64,000 bases of DNA. It comes from Bdellovibrionales bacterium. GTDB lineage: Bacteria; Bdellovibrionota; Bdellovibrionia; Bdellovibrionales; UBA1609. The notes beneath the pieces were generated by a model. It saw only the letters and a list, made by a program, of their open reading frames with translations. It had not been told where the DNA came from and did not search any database. Numbering within the stretch: position 1 is the first letter of the stretch; each line of letters begins with the position of its first letter. Location of the stretch: positions 158,305-222,304 of the forward strand of contig JAWLHR010000003.1 in the NCBI GenBank assembly GCA_041690295.1, written 5' to 3'. This document shows, piece by piece, positions 38,043-48,977 of the stretch. A program made the position numbers and the translations under genes.

Positions 38043-38599
38043 TAGACGGTCATCAATTCCTTTTCTTTGTCAGCGGCCATCTGATCGACTTTCTTGATAT
38101 ACTCATCGGTCAGCTTCTGCACTTCGTCCTGCAAACGCTTATTCTCGTCTTCACTGATGGCTTTGTCCTTGAGCGCCTTTTTAAGTTCGTCATTGGCATC
38201 CCGGCGAACCATGCGTATGGCGACGCGGGCGTCTTCACAGATCTTTTTGATGTTTTTCACCAATTCACGGCGGCGCTCTTCGGTGAGTTCGGGCACCTTC
38301 AACCGGATCACCTTGCCATCGTTCATCGGGCTCATGCCCAAATCGCTTTTCACGATGGCGGCTTCGATTTCTTTTAAAATCGAAGTCTCCCAGGGCGCGA
38401 TCAAAAAGGAGCGCGCGTCCGGCGTCGAAAGGGCCGCCACCTGATTCAGCGGCGTGGGCGTTCCGTAATAGTTCACCTTGATGCCATCGAGCATGGAGAC
38501 GGCGGCGCGCCCCGTGCGTACCCGCTTCAATTCTCCGGCAAGTGCCTGAACGGCTTTTTCCATCTTTTCTTTCGAAGATTTTGCGATCTCTGATGTCAT
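38042..38599 (-). CDS. frr: Ribosome recycling factor
   Basis: RTGRA, YYGTPTPL and PELTEERR motifs. Confidence 0.97.
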   Translation of the reverse strand: MTSEIAKSSKEKMEKAVQALAGELKRVRTGRAAVSMLDGIKVNYYGTPTPLNQVAALSTPDARSFLIAPWETSILKEIEAAIVKSDLGMSPMNDGKVIRLKVPELTEERRRELVKNIKKICEDARVAIRMVRRDANDELKKALKDKAISEDENKRLQDEVQKLTDEYIKKVDQMAADKEKELMTV

Positions 38600-38613
38600 G
38601 GCTAACTCCCGGT

Positions 38614-39333
38614 TTAGCGAACTATCGTGCCGATCTTTTCACCGCGCACGACGCGAGCGATATTGCCCGGCTTGTTGAGATTAAATGTGATTATTGGCAA
38701 CTTGTTATCCATACACAAGCTGATCGCGGTCGAATCCATGACCTGAAGCCCGTCTTTCAAAACATCCATATACTTCAGCTCCGAGTAGAGCTTGGCGCCT
38801 TTAAACTTTTTCGGGTCCTTGTCGTAGATTCCGTCCACATTCGTGGCTTTCATGATGACATCGGCATTGATCTCCATGGCCCGCAAGGACGCGGCCGTAT
38901 CCGTGGTGAAATAAGGATTGCCGGTTCCCGCGGCGAAGATCACCAGCCGTCTTTTTTCGAGGTGGCGGATCGCCCGGCGCCGAATATACGGCTCGGCGAT
39001 CGCCGCCATACCAATGGCTGATTGCACCCGAGTGGGCAGTCCGCGCTTTTCCAAGGCGTCTTGCATGGCCATGCTGTTGATCACTGTCGCGAGCATTCCC
39101 ATGTAATCGGAACTGGCGCGATCCATCCCTTGAGCGGCCTGCGCCACACCCCGGATGAAGTTGCCGCCGCCGATGACCAATCCGATCTGCACGCCCAGCT
39201 CATAGGCCTCTTTGATGTCATCGGCGATCTGATTGATGGTTTGCGAGTGAATTCCGAAAGTCTGGCCGCCAGCCAAGGCTTCGCCACTAATTTTCAATAA
39301 AATGCGACGGTATTTGCTCTTTTTTGGCGGCAA
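38614..39333 (-). CDS. pyrH: Uridylate kinase
   Basis: [16 protein letters not shown] and [11 protein letters not shown] motifs. Confidence 0.97.
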   Translation of the reverse strand: MPPKKSKYRRILLKISGEALAGGQTFGIHSQTINQIADDIKEAYELGVQIGLVIGGGNFIRGVAQAAQGMDRASSDYMGMLATVINSMAMQDALEKRGLPTRVQSAIGMAAIAEPYIRRRAIRHLEKRRLVIFAAGTGNPYFTTDTAASLRAMEINADVIMKATNVDGIYDKDPKKFKGAKLYSELKYMDVLKDGLQVMDSTAISLCMDNKLPIITFNLNKPGNIARVVRGEKIGTIVR

Positions 39334-39354
39334 GGGAATTCCTTTGTAGAAAAA

Positions 39355-40005
39355 CTAAGCCTTGGTCATTGAAGCGACCTCGGAAGCGAAATCATCTTTC
39401 CGCTTTTCGAGACCTTCACCCAACTCGAACCGGACAAATCGGCGGATAACGATGTTTTCACCGATCTTCGCGATCAATTCATTCAACATCTGACCCACGG
39501 TTTTATCCGGATTCTTCACGAACTTCTGATCTAAAAGGCAAATTTCCGAGGCCCACTTCTTCATCTGGCCGTCGAGAATCTTGTCCAGGAACTCCGGCTT
39601 TTTGCCTTCTTCGATGGCTTTCGCCTTCAGCACGTTGTATTCGCGCGTGCGGGTTTCTTCGTCGATATCGGTTTGCTGCACGAACTGCGGAGCCATGGCG
39701 GCGATGTGCATGGCCACGTCACGCACGAAAGCTTGGAATTCTTCATTGCGCGCGACGAAGTCGGTTTCGGAGTTCACTTCCAAGAGAACGCCGATACGAC
39801 CGCCGGCATGGATATAGGACGTCACCAAACCTTCAGTGGCGGCCCGGCCGGCTTTTTTCGCGGCTTTGCTCAGTCCTTTGGCTCGCAGCCAATCGATGGC
39901 TTTTTCAAAATTGCCCTGGGTTTCCTCCAAGGCCTTTTTGCAATCCATCATTCCGGCGCCGGTTTTTTCGCGTAACTCTCTAACTTCAGTGGCACTGATC
40001 GACAT
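39355..40005 (-). CDS. tsf: Elongation factor Ts (short form)
   Basis: [16 protein letters not shown] and ETDFVA motifs. Confidence 0.97.
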   Translation of the reverse strand: MSISATEVRELREKTGAGMMDCKKALEETQGNFEKAIDWLRAKGLSKAAKKAGRAATEGLVTSYIHAGGRIGVLLEVNSETDFVARNEEFQAFVRDVAMHIAAMAPQFVQQTDIDEETRTREYNVLKAKAIEEGKKPEFLDKILDGQMKKWASEICLLDQKFVKNPDKTVGQMLNELIAKIGENIVIRRFVRFELGEGLEKRKDDFASEVASMTKA

Positions 40006-40022
40006 AATTCATTACCCTTCGC

Positions 40023-40946
40023 TTATTCTTTGTCCGTGCTTTCCAAATCCTCGGTCACGTCCGTGGGATCAGAAACACCCTGTTCAACTTCCATCTGAAT
40101 CTCGACATCCTCGGCGGTACCAGCGGCCACGAGCTTACGGCCTTTGCTGACTTTAACCACGGCCGGTCCGCCCGTTTGAGCTTCTTGCGCGCGAGTGCGT
40201 TCTTCAGCGGCTTCGGCTTTTCCTTCTTTGGCTTTGTCGCCGCTGGCGCGGATTTTCTCCTGGTATTTCTTAGCGCCTTCGAGATAGGCGTCCGCGATCA
40301 AATTGGCGAACAATTTGATGGAGCGAATGGCGTCGTCATTACCGGGAATCGGGTAGTCAATGATTTCAGGATCAACATTGGTGTCGGCGATACCCACGAC
40401 CGGTATACCGATCCGCTTGGCTTCGGCCACGGCAATGTGTTCCTTGTTCAGATCAACAACGAACATGCAGGCCGGAGCCTCTTTCATTTCGCGGATACCA
40501 TCCAGGTACTCATTCAATCGGACGTATTCTTTTTCGATACTGGCGCGTTCTTTTTTAGAAAAGAAATCGAGTTCGCCCTTTTCGCGCATCTGATCGATCT
40601 TTTTCAAACGATCAATGCTGGATTTAATGGTTTGGAAATTGGTGAGCATTCCGCCCAGCCAGCGCTTGGTCACATAGTACTGGCCGCACTTGGTGGCGGC
40701 TTCTTTAATCGGCTCGACCGCTTGTTTTTTGGTGCCGACAAAAATCATGCGTCCGCCTTCGCTGGCCACTTTGGTCACGAAGTCGGCGGCGTTTTTCGCG
40801 CTCACGACGGATTTTTGCAGGTCGATAATGTGAATGCCCCCACGATCCGTATAAACATACGGCTTCATTTTGGGGTTCCAACGCTGGGTTTGGTGACCGA
40901 AGTGCACTCCCGCGTCGAGCATGTCTTTCATGGTGATTTGTGGCAT
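40023..40946 (-). CDS. rpsB: 30S ribosomal protein S2 with acidic C-terminal extension
   Basis: [24 protein letters not shown] and [10 protein letters not shown] motifs. Confidence 0.98.
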   Translation of the reverse strand: MPQITMKDMLDAGVHFGHQTQRWNPKMKPYVYTDRGGIHIIDLQKSVVSAKNAADFVTKVASEGGRMIFVGTKKQAVEPIKEAATKCGQYYVTKRWLGGMLTNFQTIKSSIDRLKKIDQMREKGELDFFSKKERASIEKEYVRLNEYLDGIREMKEAPACMFVVDLNKEHIAVAEAKRIGIPVVGIADTNVDPEIIDYPIPGNDDAIRSIKLFANLIADAYLEGAKKYQEKIRASGDKAKEGKAEAAEERTRAQEAQTGGPAVVKVSKGRKLVAAGTAEDVEIQMEVEQGVSDPTDVTEDLESTDKE

Positions 40947-41040
40947 AGATTTTCCTCCTGGTTAAGCCACCTTTCCGCGTCGCGTTAACCGCTGTTGAGC
41001 CGCCTAAGGCAGCACCAGAAGTCCGCGGAAAGTGAGTTAT
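40947..41040 (-). promoter_or_regulatory. Structured rpsB 5' leader (probable S2 autoregulatory RNA)
   Basis: On the minus strand CACTTTCCGCG pairs with CGCGGAAAGGTG (40968-41034), closing just before GCTTAACC and SD AGGAGG. rpsB leaders are known S2 operators. Confidence 0.6.
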
Positions 41041-41089
41041 TATGCGGCATGAGTTAGCACGACCGATTTCCGGTCGGCAACAGATATCT

Positions 41090-42151
41090 TCAGGTGAGGG
41101 AATCGGGGGATTCGGTCTTGGATTCGTCCTGGGTCGCGGGGGCGAGAAGCTTCTCGATCTCGCGAATGGCCTCTAGCTTGCCCAGGAACCCGGGTTGCGT
41201 CGCCAGGGTTTGATCCGCGAGATAGAGGTTAGAGATCTCCTGAAGTTGCCAGGGCACTTTGCTTTTAAGGGAATTTTGCCCAAAAGCCCCCGGGATGACA
41301 TAGATTTTCTCGCTCAGCTCGTTATTAAAGCGATCTGGCCACGCCCGTTTGATCTGGCGCTTGATGTGACGAATACACTGTCCGGTGAACTCATGTTCGT
41401 CGGCCTGTTCCGAATGGACCAGCGTGAACCATTGCGAGCCCGTGGGAGTCATACGCCCGAACACCGGTTCAAATTCTTTGCTGTTGTGCTGGATGACCAT
41501 GATGCCGTCGAAGTCCCCGTCCATGGCTGGATGGGTGAGGTCTAAGACCACGGCTGTCCAAGTGTGAAATTTAGCGATGCGGGAGCGGTTTTTATCGGAG
41601 ATCCCAGGCCCGGTGATCAAATGATTCAAGGCGGGCAGCGGTCCGGTGTAAATCACCTGATCGACCGGTATCGCTTTATCGCCGTTAACGACGATCTGAG
41701 TGGCTTTTCCCTCGTTCACCCGGATTTCGGTCACTTCGGATTTACAGGAAACCGTGATCGGCAATTGTTCGGTCAAGGCGCGGACGAGTTGGTCCACGCC
41801 CGGCTCAAGGCGAATCTCCGAGGTGAAACTCAAAAATCCAAGTTCGCCGACGCTTCGGAAATCCGTTTCACCGAAGCCGGCGAAGCTCCGCCAGCGGGCT
41901 TCATTGTAGGTTTGGGGATTATGGTCTTGGACCTGAAAATGCAAAGGCAAAGGCGAATGGGCGCGGGCCCACTCCAAAAGTTCCAGATTCTCATTGGTGG
42001 CCGGCAAAAGTGAGATGAGCGACCGGCGAAGCGCTCCACCGGTCACATCACGGGCTTCGAACAAGCTGACTTTAAAACCCGCTTCATACAAACGATGGCT
42101 GAGAAAGAGGCCGGTCAAACCGGCGCCGATGATTGCGATGTTCATGGCCAT
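41090..42151 (-). CDS. FAD/NAD(P)-binding oxidoreductase-like protein
   Basis: Rossmann motif IAIIGAGLTGL...FEARDVTGG. Confidence 0.75.
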   Translation of the reverse strand: MAMNIAIIGAGLTGLFLSHRLYEAGFKVSLFEARDVTGGALRRSLISLLPATNENLELLEWARAHSPLPLHFQVQDHNPQTYNEARWRSFAGFGETDFRSVGELGFLSFTSEIRLEPGVDQLVRALTEQLPITVSCKSEVTEIRVNEGKATQIVVNGDKAIPVDQVIYTGPLPALNHLITGPGISDKNRSRIAKFHTWTAVVLDLTHPAMDGDFDGIMVIQHNSKEFEPVFGRMTPTGSQWFTLVHSEQADEHEFTGQCIRHIKRQIKRAWPDRFNNELSEKIYVIPGAFGQNSLKSKVPWQLQEISNLYLADQTLATQPGFLGKLEAIREIEKLLAPATQDESKTESPDSLT

Positions 42152-42166
42152 AAACTCCCTCGAATT

Positions 42167-43036
42167 TTAAGGTGAATTCAAGCTCTTCTTCAATTGCTCG
42201 GTGATTTTTGTAAGGAGCCAGCGGGTCGTGCGTGTTTTGAGTTGACTACGTTGGATCCAGCGCGCGACGGCGGGTGAATATTTGTAGTAATAAAAAATAA
42301 AACCTCGACCCAGGCGGGACGAACGCAACTTCTGATCGCGAAATGCCCGCAAGATGTGCAATTCGACGGCATCGGGCGTGTCATTAAAAACGGCCGTGGC
42401 GATGAAACAAGGTCCGCGGCGCGATTTGGTGGCCTTTAAGAACGAGCGAACGATGTTTGGATTTTTGCAAGAGCGGGAGAACTGTTCGGCTTTCTTGATG
42501 ATGTCCGGGTAAAGCGGACTGAACGGCAAAAATTGCGAAAGTTTATTCGCGGCGGTTTGCATGCGATCGATGTATCGAGGGCTGGTGTCGTAAATGCGGA
42601 CGAGGTCCCAGTACACCGAAGCGATCACGGTGAGTTCCTTGGAACGGGAAGAATTATTGAAAACCGCCGGAGAGAGTTCGCCCTTTTTCAGGTTGTAGAC
42701 CATTTCCAACAGACGGAGATATTTTTCATATTGGACGGCCGCTTCGGCGTAAGCCTTTTGCGCCATGAGCCCGCGTGCGTTTTTGATCAAGTGCACCCGG
42801 TTCTTCCACATCATCATTTTGTTTTTTTCACGCTGGTCACGCTCCAGACGGAGCTTCATCCCTTGCGAGACGGAACCCGTGATCTGGTCATAACAAGACG
42901 GACAAAGTTTTTCGGGAATTTCTCCGGTGACGCCCGCGGCCTGCAGCGCTGAACGAATCTTGGCGTCGATCGTAAACATATTGTCGTTCAGCATTTTGCA
43001 CTTGGGGCAGGTTTGGGTCTTTAACTTTTCCGCCAT
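42167..43036 (-). CDS. Zn-ribbon/TPR-like protein with C-terminal CFI-box-CTERM domain
   Basis: CPKC...CPSC and GPCFIATAVF...LRAFRD...GRGFIFYYYKYSP. Confidence 0.75.
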   Translation of the reverse strand: MAEKLKTQTCPKCKMLNDNMFTIDAKIRSALQAAGVTGEIPEKLCPSCYDQITGSVSQGMKLRLERDQREKNKMMMWKNRVHLIKNARGLMAQKAYAEAAVQYEKYLRLLEMVYNLKKGELSPAVFNNSSRSKELTVIASVYWDLVRIYDTSPRYIDRMQTAANKLSQFLPFSPLYPDIIKKAEQFSRSCKNPNIVRSFLKATKSRRGPCFIATAVFNDTPDAVELHILRAFRDQKLRSSRLGRGFIFYYYKYSPAVARWIQRSQLKTRTTRWLLTKITEQLKKSLNSP

Positions 43037-43043
43037 TAATTGA

Positions 43044-45065
43044 TTACATCATTTGGAATGGGTCGATGTCGACCTGGACCTTGGTCGCTTTTGGAATCCA
43101 ATCGGTCGTGCTGAGGATTTGACGGCAAAGAGCATTTAGTTTTTGGGCGGAATCGCACTTAATGATGATCTGATAGCGGAACTTTCCACGCAGTTTCGCC
43201 AGTGGCGCCGGCGCGGGGCCGAGCACTTGGATGCCTTCTTTAAAGACCTCAAAGCGGTTCTGGAGGATTTTCGCCCGATGAACCAGACGTTTCCCCGCTA
43301 AATTCCCGGACTCCGCTTGCGCGGACTGAATACGAAACAACGCCATTCGCCCGAACGGCGGATAAAGCAGTTCACGGCGCTCGTTCAGTTCTTGTTCGGC
43401 GAAACCCAGGTAGTCGCCGGCCAAAGTGTACGAAATGCTCGGGTGATTCGGATTGTACGTTTGAATCAGCACGCGACCCGATGTTTGGCGGCCGGCCCGC
43501 CCGCTCACCTGAGTGAGTAATTGAAAGCTTCGTTCACTGGCGCGGAAATCGGGAAAATGAAAACCTAAGTCGGCCAAAATCAATCCCACGAAGTTCAACT
43601 TGGGAAAATCCAAACCTTTGGCGATCATTTGCGTGCCGATCAAAAGATTGGTGCGCTCACTTTCAAAATCGGCGATCAGTTTTTCCAGATCGTCGCGACT
43701 TTGGATTTCATCCCGATCCGCGCGGGCGAGCCTTGCGTTCGGAAACAGGCGCGCCATTTCGGCTTCGATTTTCTCCGTGCCCAAGCCTATGGCGGAGATC
43801 GGTGCTTCCTTGCATTCGGGGCAAAGTTCGCTCGCCCTCTCGCTGTAATCACAATAGTGGCAGACAAGGTAAGAGCTGGCATGCAGGGTGAGCGCGACCG
43901 AACAATTCGGGCATTCCGCTTTATATCCGCAAGCTTGGCATTGGGCCGTTTGCGCCATCCCCCGGCGATTCAAAAACAAAGCCGCCTGATCGCCGCGACT
44001 CAGAGTTTGCTCCAACGCCTCAAACATCGTGTCGGACAGCCAATGGGGAAGATCGGACGGGGTTTCTTTGCGTTGGCGATAAACTTCCCTCAGGTCGATC
44101 ACTTCCACATCCGGTAAGCTCTTGGCTTGGGCCCGCTCGCGCATGGTGTGGAGTTGGTATTTTCCGGATTGAGCGTTGCTCCAGGATTCCAGCGACGGCG
44201 TGGCCGAACCCAGCACGATGGGAATGTTCAGGTTTCGCGCGAGAATGATGGCGGCATCGCGCGCATGGTATTTGAGTTTTTCATCTTGTTTGTAACTGGG
44301 TTCGTGTTCTTCATCGAGAATAATGATTCCCGGATTCATCAGCGGGCAGAACAACGCCGAGCGGGCGCCGATAAGGATTTTCTTTTTCTGTTCGACAACA
44401 CTCCACCACTGATCTGTTTTTTCCCGCTCGGTCAGATGAGAATGCAAGACTGCGATAGAGCCGGGAAACCGGCGGGAGAATCGATCGATCAGCTGTGGTG
44501 TGAGCGCGATCTCCGGCACTAAGACCAAACCCTGTTTTCCGCTTTTCACCACCGAATCCAAAAGCCTCAGATAAACTTCGGTTTTGCCCGAGCCGGTCAC
44601 GCCATGAATCAGGTGAACCGCGAAACCTTCGGTTTTTTGAATGGCCTCGACGGTGCGGGATTGCTCAACCGTGAGATGGGGCGCGGGCGCGGGAGTGACG
44701 TCGTCATTCACCACTTTCGACTTACGGGAACCACGGCCCTCTTTCGGCAACGGCGGAAAAACGGTTTCAACGATTTGTCCGAGCGGGTGGACGTAATAGT
44801 TCGCCAGCCATTCCAACCAATCCATGTAGGCGGGCGGAAGCAAAGGACGCGTGTGATCCGCGCCCAGCATGGGTTTAAGAGCCAAGCCGGGGTCTATTTT
44901 GTCGGTGGGTTTCAGTACGATCCCGCGGGCGGTTCGCTTTCCCAGCGGCACCGTGACCGATGCGCCTCGCTCTAACGAACTCACGCCCTCGGGCGGCAAG
45001 TAAGTTAAAGCCTCTTTCAGAGGGGCGTCGACGGCGACCAGGTAACCTTTTTCGGTCATGCTCAT
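43044..45065 (-). CDS. priA: Primosomal protein N'
   Basis: GVTGSGKTEVY, PEIALTPQ, DEEH, four CxxC pairs and QVSGRAGR. Confidence 0.96.
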   Translation of the reverse strand: MSMTEKGYLVAVDAPLKEALTYLPPEGVSSLERGASVTVPLGKRTARGIVLKPTDKIDPGLALKPMLGADHTRPLLPPAYMDWLEWLANYYVHPLGQIVETVFPPLPKEGRGSRKSKVVNDDVTPAPAPHLTVEQSRTVEAIQKTEGFAVHLIHGVTGSGKTEVYLRLLDSVVKSGKQGLVLVPEIALTPQLIDRFSRRFPGSIAVLHSHLTEREKTDQWWSVVEQKKKILIGARSALFCPLMNPGIIILDEEHEPSYKQDEKLKYHARDAAIILARNLNIPIVLGSATPSLESWSNAQSGKYQLHTMRERAQAKSLPDVEVIDLREVYRQRKETPSDLPHWLSDTMFEALEQTLSRGDQAALFLNRRGMAQTAQCQACGYKAECPNCSVALTLHASSYLVCHYCDYSERASELCPECKEAPISAIGLGTEKIEAEMARLFPNARLARADRDEIQSRDDLEKLIADFESERTNLLIGTQMIAKGLDFPKLNFVGLILADLGFHFPDFRASERSFQLLTQVSGRAGRQTSGRVLIQTYNPNHPSISYTLAGDYLGFAEQELNERRELLYPPFGRMALFRIQSAQAESGNLAGKRLVHRAKILQNRFEVFKEGIQVLGPAPAPLAKLRGKFRYQIIIKCDSAQKLNALCRQILSTTDWIPKATKVQVDIDPFQMM

Positions 45066-45889
45066 CTGTATCTCAGGTAGAAATCCTTAAGGCCTTCCAC
45101 ATCGGGAAGTTTAACTTCTTCTTTGGCCGTCAAAGATTTGACTTGAAAGATTTTGTCTTTCACTGAACCGCCGTAAGGCTCGACTTTCACGGTGTTCACC
45201 TGAACTTTGTAACCGCCGAACTCATAGGTGCGCTCGCCCGGGTACCAGAATCTTTCGTTGTATTTGTTGTAATTATCCGCGCGAAGAATTAATTGGCCGG
45301 GGAATTTCAACTTGCGTAGGACAAAGAGGTCTTGCTCAAGCCAAACGGTAGGTGATTCGCCTTCCGCCGGATTCTTGCCGATGGCCCACGCGATGGCTCC
45401 ACCGGTCCGAGAGAGGCGGATGAAAGACGGCGGCGTGTATTTCGTGCTGGGATCACTGTCTATAGGAAGCGGGGGCCGGTCGCGCAGGGATTCTTTCGGT
45501 GCCACGTCCAATGCGACGAGGCGGCTGCGGAAATATTTGCTGCTGCGAAAATGGAACAGGGGCTCCAGCCATTCGTCCCCCAGCTTTTGTGAGCGAAGCG
45601 CGGATCCGTCATGAAAGCGCTTTGTCGAGTTAAGAAAGAGAAAATGTCCGGAAACCAAGCCCTTCAATGGTCCGCGTCCTTCCAGGACAAGACGCATGGC
45701 CGATTCTCCAGTTACATACCAGGTTTCACGGACCGTGAAGGATTCGGTTTCTTTACGAATCGTCACGTCTTGGACGATTTTATAACTGCCCCGGCCGTGT
45801 TGAATGGCGGCACGCGAGGCAATCATGTCGTATTCCGGAATATAGGCCGAGACTTGCATCGTCCATAGCAGCAACAGAACTCGTATCAT
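45062..45889 (-). CDS. Hypothetical exported protein
   Basis: Signal peptide (VSA-YIP), coupled between galU and priA. Confidence 0.7.
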   Translation of the reverse strand: MIRVLLLLWTMQVSAYIPEYDMIASRAAIQHGRGSYKIVQDVTIRKETESFTVRETWYVTGESAMRLVLEGRGPLKGLVSGHFLFLNSTKRFHDGSALRSQKLGDEWLEPLFHFRSSKYFRSRLVALDVAPKESLRDRPPLPIDSDPSTKYTPPSFIRLSRTGGAIAWAIGKNPAEGESPTVWLEQDLFVLRKLKFPGQLILRADNYNKYNERFWYPGERTYEFGGYKVQVNTVKVEPYGGSVKDKIFQVKSLTAKEEVKLPDVEGLKDFYLRYR

Positions 45890-46773
45890 GGCTTATCCCC
45901 CAATTTTTTAATTAGATACTCGCGAAAGGCCGTTCCGATTTCGGGATGCCGCATTCCGAGCTCAACATTGGCTTGCAAATAACCAAGCTTATCGCCCGCA
46001 TCAAAGCGCACGGTATCAAGCACGGTGGCCGTCATTCCTTTATCCGGATCCTTCGCGAGTTGCGCCATCGCGTCCGTGAGTTGGATCTCGCCGTTTTTGC
46101 CCGGCTTCGTTTCCTTCAAATAGGTGAAGATCTTGGAGTCAAAAACATAGCGTCCCGGAAGAGCCAGGCGGCTCGGCGCCTGATTGAGCGCCGGCTTCTC
46201 CACGACATCCGTGACTTTCCAAAGGTTTCGGCCGGTTTCCTCAACCGCGACGATTCCGTATTTGCTGACTTCACTGGGCGCGACTTCCATCACGGCCACG
46301 GCGGATTGGGAATTCTTTTGCGCCACTTCAATCAATTGGCCGATGCCGTGGGGTCGCCAGGTATCGCGACGGAACATGATTTCATCCCCAAGAAGGACCG
46401 CGAACGGTTGGTCGCCGATGGCCGGTTGCGCGCAAAGCACGGCGTGGCCGAGACCCAGAGCTTCTTTTTGCCGGATACTGATCAGGTTTACTTTTTCGCG
46501 AATATCCTGAATCTGGCGGAAAAGGTCTTCGCGTTTGTCTTTAAGCGTGTATTCCAGCTCGAAGGATTTATCGAAAAAGTCCTCAATAACGGTTTTATTG
46601 CGGCCTTGGATCAAAACGATATCGGTGATTCCCGCCGCCACGATTTCTTCGACGATGTATAGAAGTATCGGTTTATCAACGATGGGGAGCATTTCTTTGG
46701 GGATGGTTTTCGTGGCGGGGAGAAAACGCGTCCCGAGTCCGGCGGCTGGAATGACGGCTTTTTGAATCTTCAT
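45886..46773 (-). CDS. galU: UTP--glucose-1-phosphate uridylyltransferase
   Basis: KAVIPAAGLGTRFLPATK, LGLGHAV, VEKP and GEIQLTDA motifs. Confidence 0.96.
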   Translation of the reverse strand: MKIQKAVIPAAGLGTRFLPATKTIPKEMLPIVDKPILLYIVEEIVAAGITDIVLIQGRNKTVIEDFFDKSFELEYTLKDKREDLFRQIQDIREKVNLISIRQKEALGLGHAVLCAQPAIGDQPFAVLLGDEIMFRRDTWRPHGIGQLIEVAQKNSQSAVAVMEVAPSEVSKYGIVAVEETGRNLWKVTDVVEKPALNQAPSRLALPGRYVFDSKIFTYLKETKPGKNGEIQLTDAMAQLAKDPDKGMTATVLDTVRFDAGDKLGYLQANVELGMRHPEIGTAFREYLIKKLGDKP

Positions 46774-46876
46774 GCGCTTCTTAAAATGAGACACTGGGGC
46801 GAAATCGTCAATTTATGCTCATACTTTGGTGCAGTATTCCGATACAGTTTCATAAAGATCCCAGAGGTGATCGGTT

Positions 46877-48037
46877 ATGCCCTCTAGTCTCAAACTGAGA
46901 CACGGTTTAATGGTCGTTACGGTGGCCAGCCTATTGATTTTCCAAAACTGCGCCCAGCCGCCGGAAGAAAACTTTACCGCGACGGCGCAGAGCTTTCAAT
47001 CCAAGCTCCCATTGGCCGTATCCGCCACATTGGACACGATCGCCCACATGTCCTGTTCCGAAATCAAAGACGCGGTTGAACCTCGCGCTTATTTCACCTT
47101 TCGCGCCGGAGCTTACGTTCCCAATATGAGCGGAATGGAATTAACCAAGGAATTCCGGGACGCGACCAAATTTTATTCCACTACGCAAAGGGCCCGCGCT
47201 TTCGCCAGCAGCGAAGTGAACGGTAACACTTTGTTTAATCTCTCGATTCGAGCGGCGGCCGATTATCAATCGCCGTGGATCTCGGAAGAGTTACGGGTCG
47301 GCGAGGAAATCGAAGCCTTCTTGCCCCCTCTGGATTCGGACGTCATTTCAGGTCCGCTCGCCGGTCTTCCCTTGGGGAAAATGATCAACTATTTTCCGGG
47401 TCCCCATCCGAAACGGCTGATCGAAGCGAGTCTTCGCTTTTACAAGTTCGAAAACGTCGTGAAGGATACCCGTAACAACTTGTCCTCACGGACGTCATTA
47501 TTGGTGGCCGGCTATTCCGGTAGCAGTGATGAGTTGGACACCACCTTGCGTTCACCGCCGGACGCGGCGGCCTCACCGGGCGGCGCCCATCCGATTTACG
47601 GACGCGGTTACTTCTTAAGCTTCAGGTTGCCCCAGGGTTACACTTCAGGTGAAACCCGCGCCTTGGCGTCGGTGGAAGAAGTCGATTTACAGACCTCCTT
47701 TCCAACGCAAATCAATGCCACTTGGGATTGCAATTCGGATTATCAGTTCGTGATTGTGCGGCCTGAGGACGTGTGGGCCGGCCGAGTGATCTGTAATCCG
47801 ACCGTGGACCGGTACAACGACACCAATCAGCAACAAATGCTCAGTGCGATCCGGCGGGTTCTCAGGGTTGAGGACTGGTTCGTGGATTTGAATAACCGTT
47901 GTGTGATGCCAAAGCGGACCGGGGACTATTGTTATGGGGAGCTCAATAATCGCACCATTCAATACGGATCGGCCACTTGCGTGAACAACACTTCATTCAT
48001 GTGTCCGCACTTCGTCAGTGTTTGCATTCGCCGCTAA
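46877..48037 (+). CDS. Hypothetical Cys-containing lipoprotein
   Basis: Hydrophobic signal ending in FQNC and a Cys-rich C-terminus. Confidence 0.75.
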   Translation: MPSSLKLRHGLMVVTVASLLIFQNCAQPPEENFTATAQSFQSKLPLAVSATLDTIAHMSCSEIKDAVEPRAYFTFRAGAYVPNMSGMELTKEFRDATKFYSTTQRARAFASSEVNGNTLFNLSIRAAADYQSPWISEELRVGEEIEAFLPPLDSDVISGPLAGLPLGKMINYFPGPHPKRLIEASLRFYKFENVVKDTRNNLSSRTSLLVAGYSGSSDELDTTLRSPPDAAASPGGAHPIYGRGYFLSFRLPQGYTSGETRALASVEEVDLQTSFPTQINATWDCNSDYQFVIVRPEDVWAGRVICNPTVDRYNDTNQQQMLSAIRRVLRVEDWFVDLNNRCVMPKRTGDYCYGELNNRTIQYGSATCVNNTSFMCPHFVSVCIRR

Positions 48038-48059
48038 GCTCTCATAGTCTTTCCAGACT

Positions 48060-48920
48060 ATGAAGCGAGTTACCTTTTTAATGTTAAGCTTGGTTGTTTC
48101 ATATTCCGCCCGGGCGGAGTTTTTTAAAGGTCCGCTCGCCACTTCCTTGGGCGGCTCGGGCCGGGCCGGACTGGAAGGTATTGAAGGGGTATTCTTAAAT
48201 CCGGCGCTGGTGTCGCTCATTCAAAAACCGGAAATGATCGCTTATTACCACGACGGTTACGCGGCGGCGAACCAGCACCGAAACGCCTGGGGTTTGGGCG
48301 CGGTTGATGCCGGCAAAGATGTTTATTTTCCAGGGGCGCTCAATTACATCCGCCTTCGTGATACGGGTCGGTCCGCATCCGCCGCGAACGGAGAAGCTTG
48401 GCATTTATCGATCGGCAAAAATATTTCGGACCGCTTTGCGATCGGGCTTTCGGGCTACCGGTTGATTTATGACCTTGAGGACGGGCGTGACTTCACTCAA
48501 TGGAACGCCTCTTTGGGTTTTCTGCTTTTGGCCACCGAAGACATTGGCGTGGCTTATGTTCTGAACAATATCGCCAAACCGGGATCCGACGTACCGATGG
48601 GCCTACGTGAAGACATGAACCAGGCACTGGGGGTTTTCGCGACGGTGTTTGACATGGCCCGGCTTCGCTTTGATGTGGCTCGGATGGAAAGGCATAACCC
48701 CGATAAAAAGCTCGCTTATATGTTGGGATCTGAAACCATGATCAGCGATTACTTCCTGTTTCGGGCGGGATACCGGCGGGATGAACTGGCGGATCAAGTC
48801 ATATGGACCGCGGGCCTTGGTTTTAACGGTCCCCGGCTTAAAATTGACTACGCTTTCGAAAAGAACGCGGAAGGGACCGGGGGAGCGGTGCATAGCGTTG
48901 ACATGAGGGTACCCTTTTGA
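48060..48920 (+). CDS. Hypothetical outer-membrane beta-barrel protein (FadL/PorV-like architecture)
   Basis: Signal peptide, N-terminal SLGG...FLNPA, beta-strand pattern and terminal Phe. Confidence 0.65.
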   Translation: MKRVTFLMLSLVVSYSARAEFFKGPLATSLGGSGRAGLEGIEGVFLNPALVSLIQKPEMIAYYHDGYAAANQHRNAWGLGAVDAGKDVYFPGALNYIRLRDTGRSASAANGEAWHLSIGKNISDRFAIGLSGYRLIYDLEDGRDFTQWNASLGFLLLATEDIGVAYVLNNIAKPGSDVPMGLREDMNQALGVFATVFDMARLRFDVARMERHNPDKKLAYMLGSETMISDYFLFRAGYRRDELADQVIWTAGLGFNGPRLKIDYAFEKNAEGTGGAVHSVDMRVPF

Positions 48921-48977
48921 TAGCGTGCCCGACCTCTAGGCATTTTTGCAGGTACTTCGATTTTTAGGAGAATTGAT

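Noticed and set aside
39355..40005. Short EF-Ts as a possible truncation
   Set aside because: A ~200-aa EF-Ts form is well known in several phyla, and both ends are intact.
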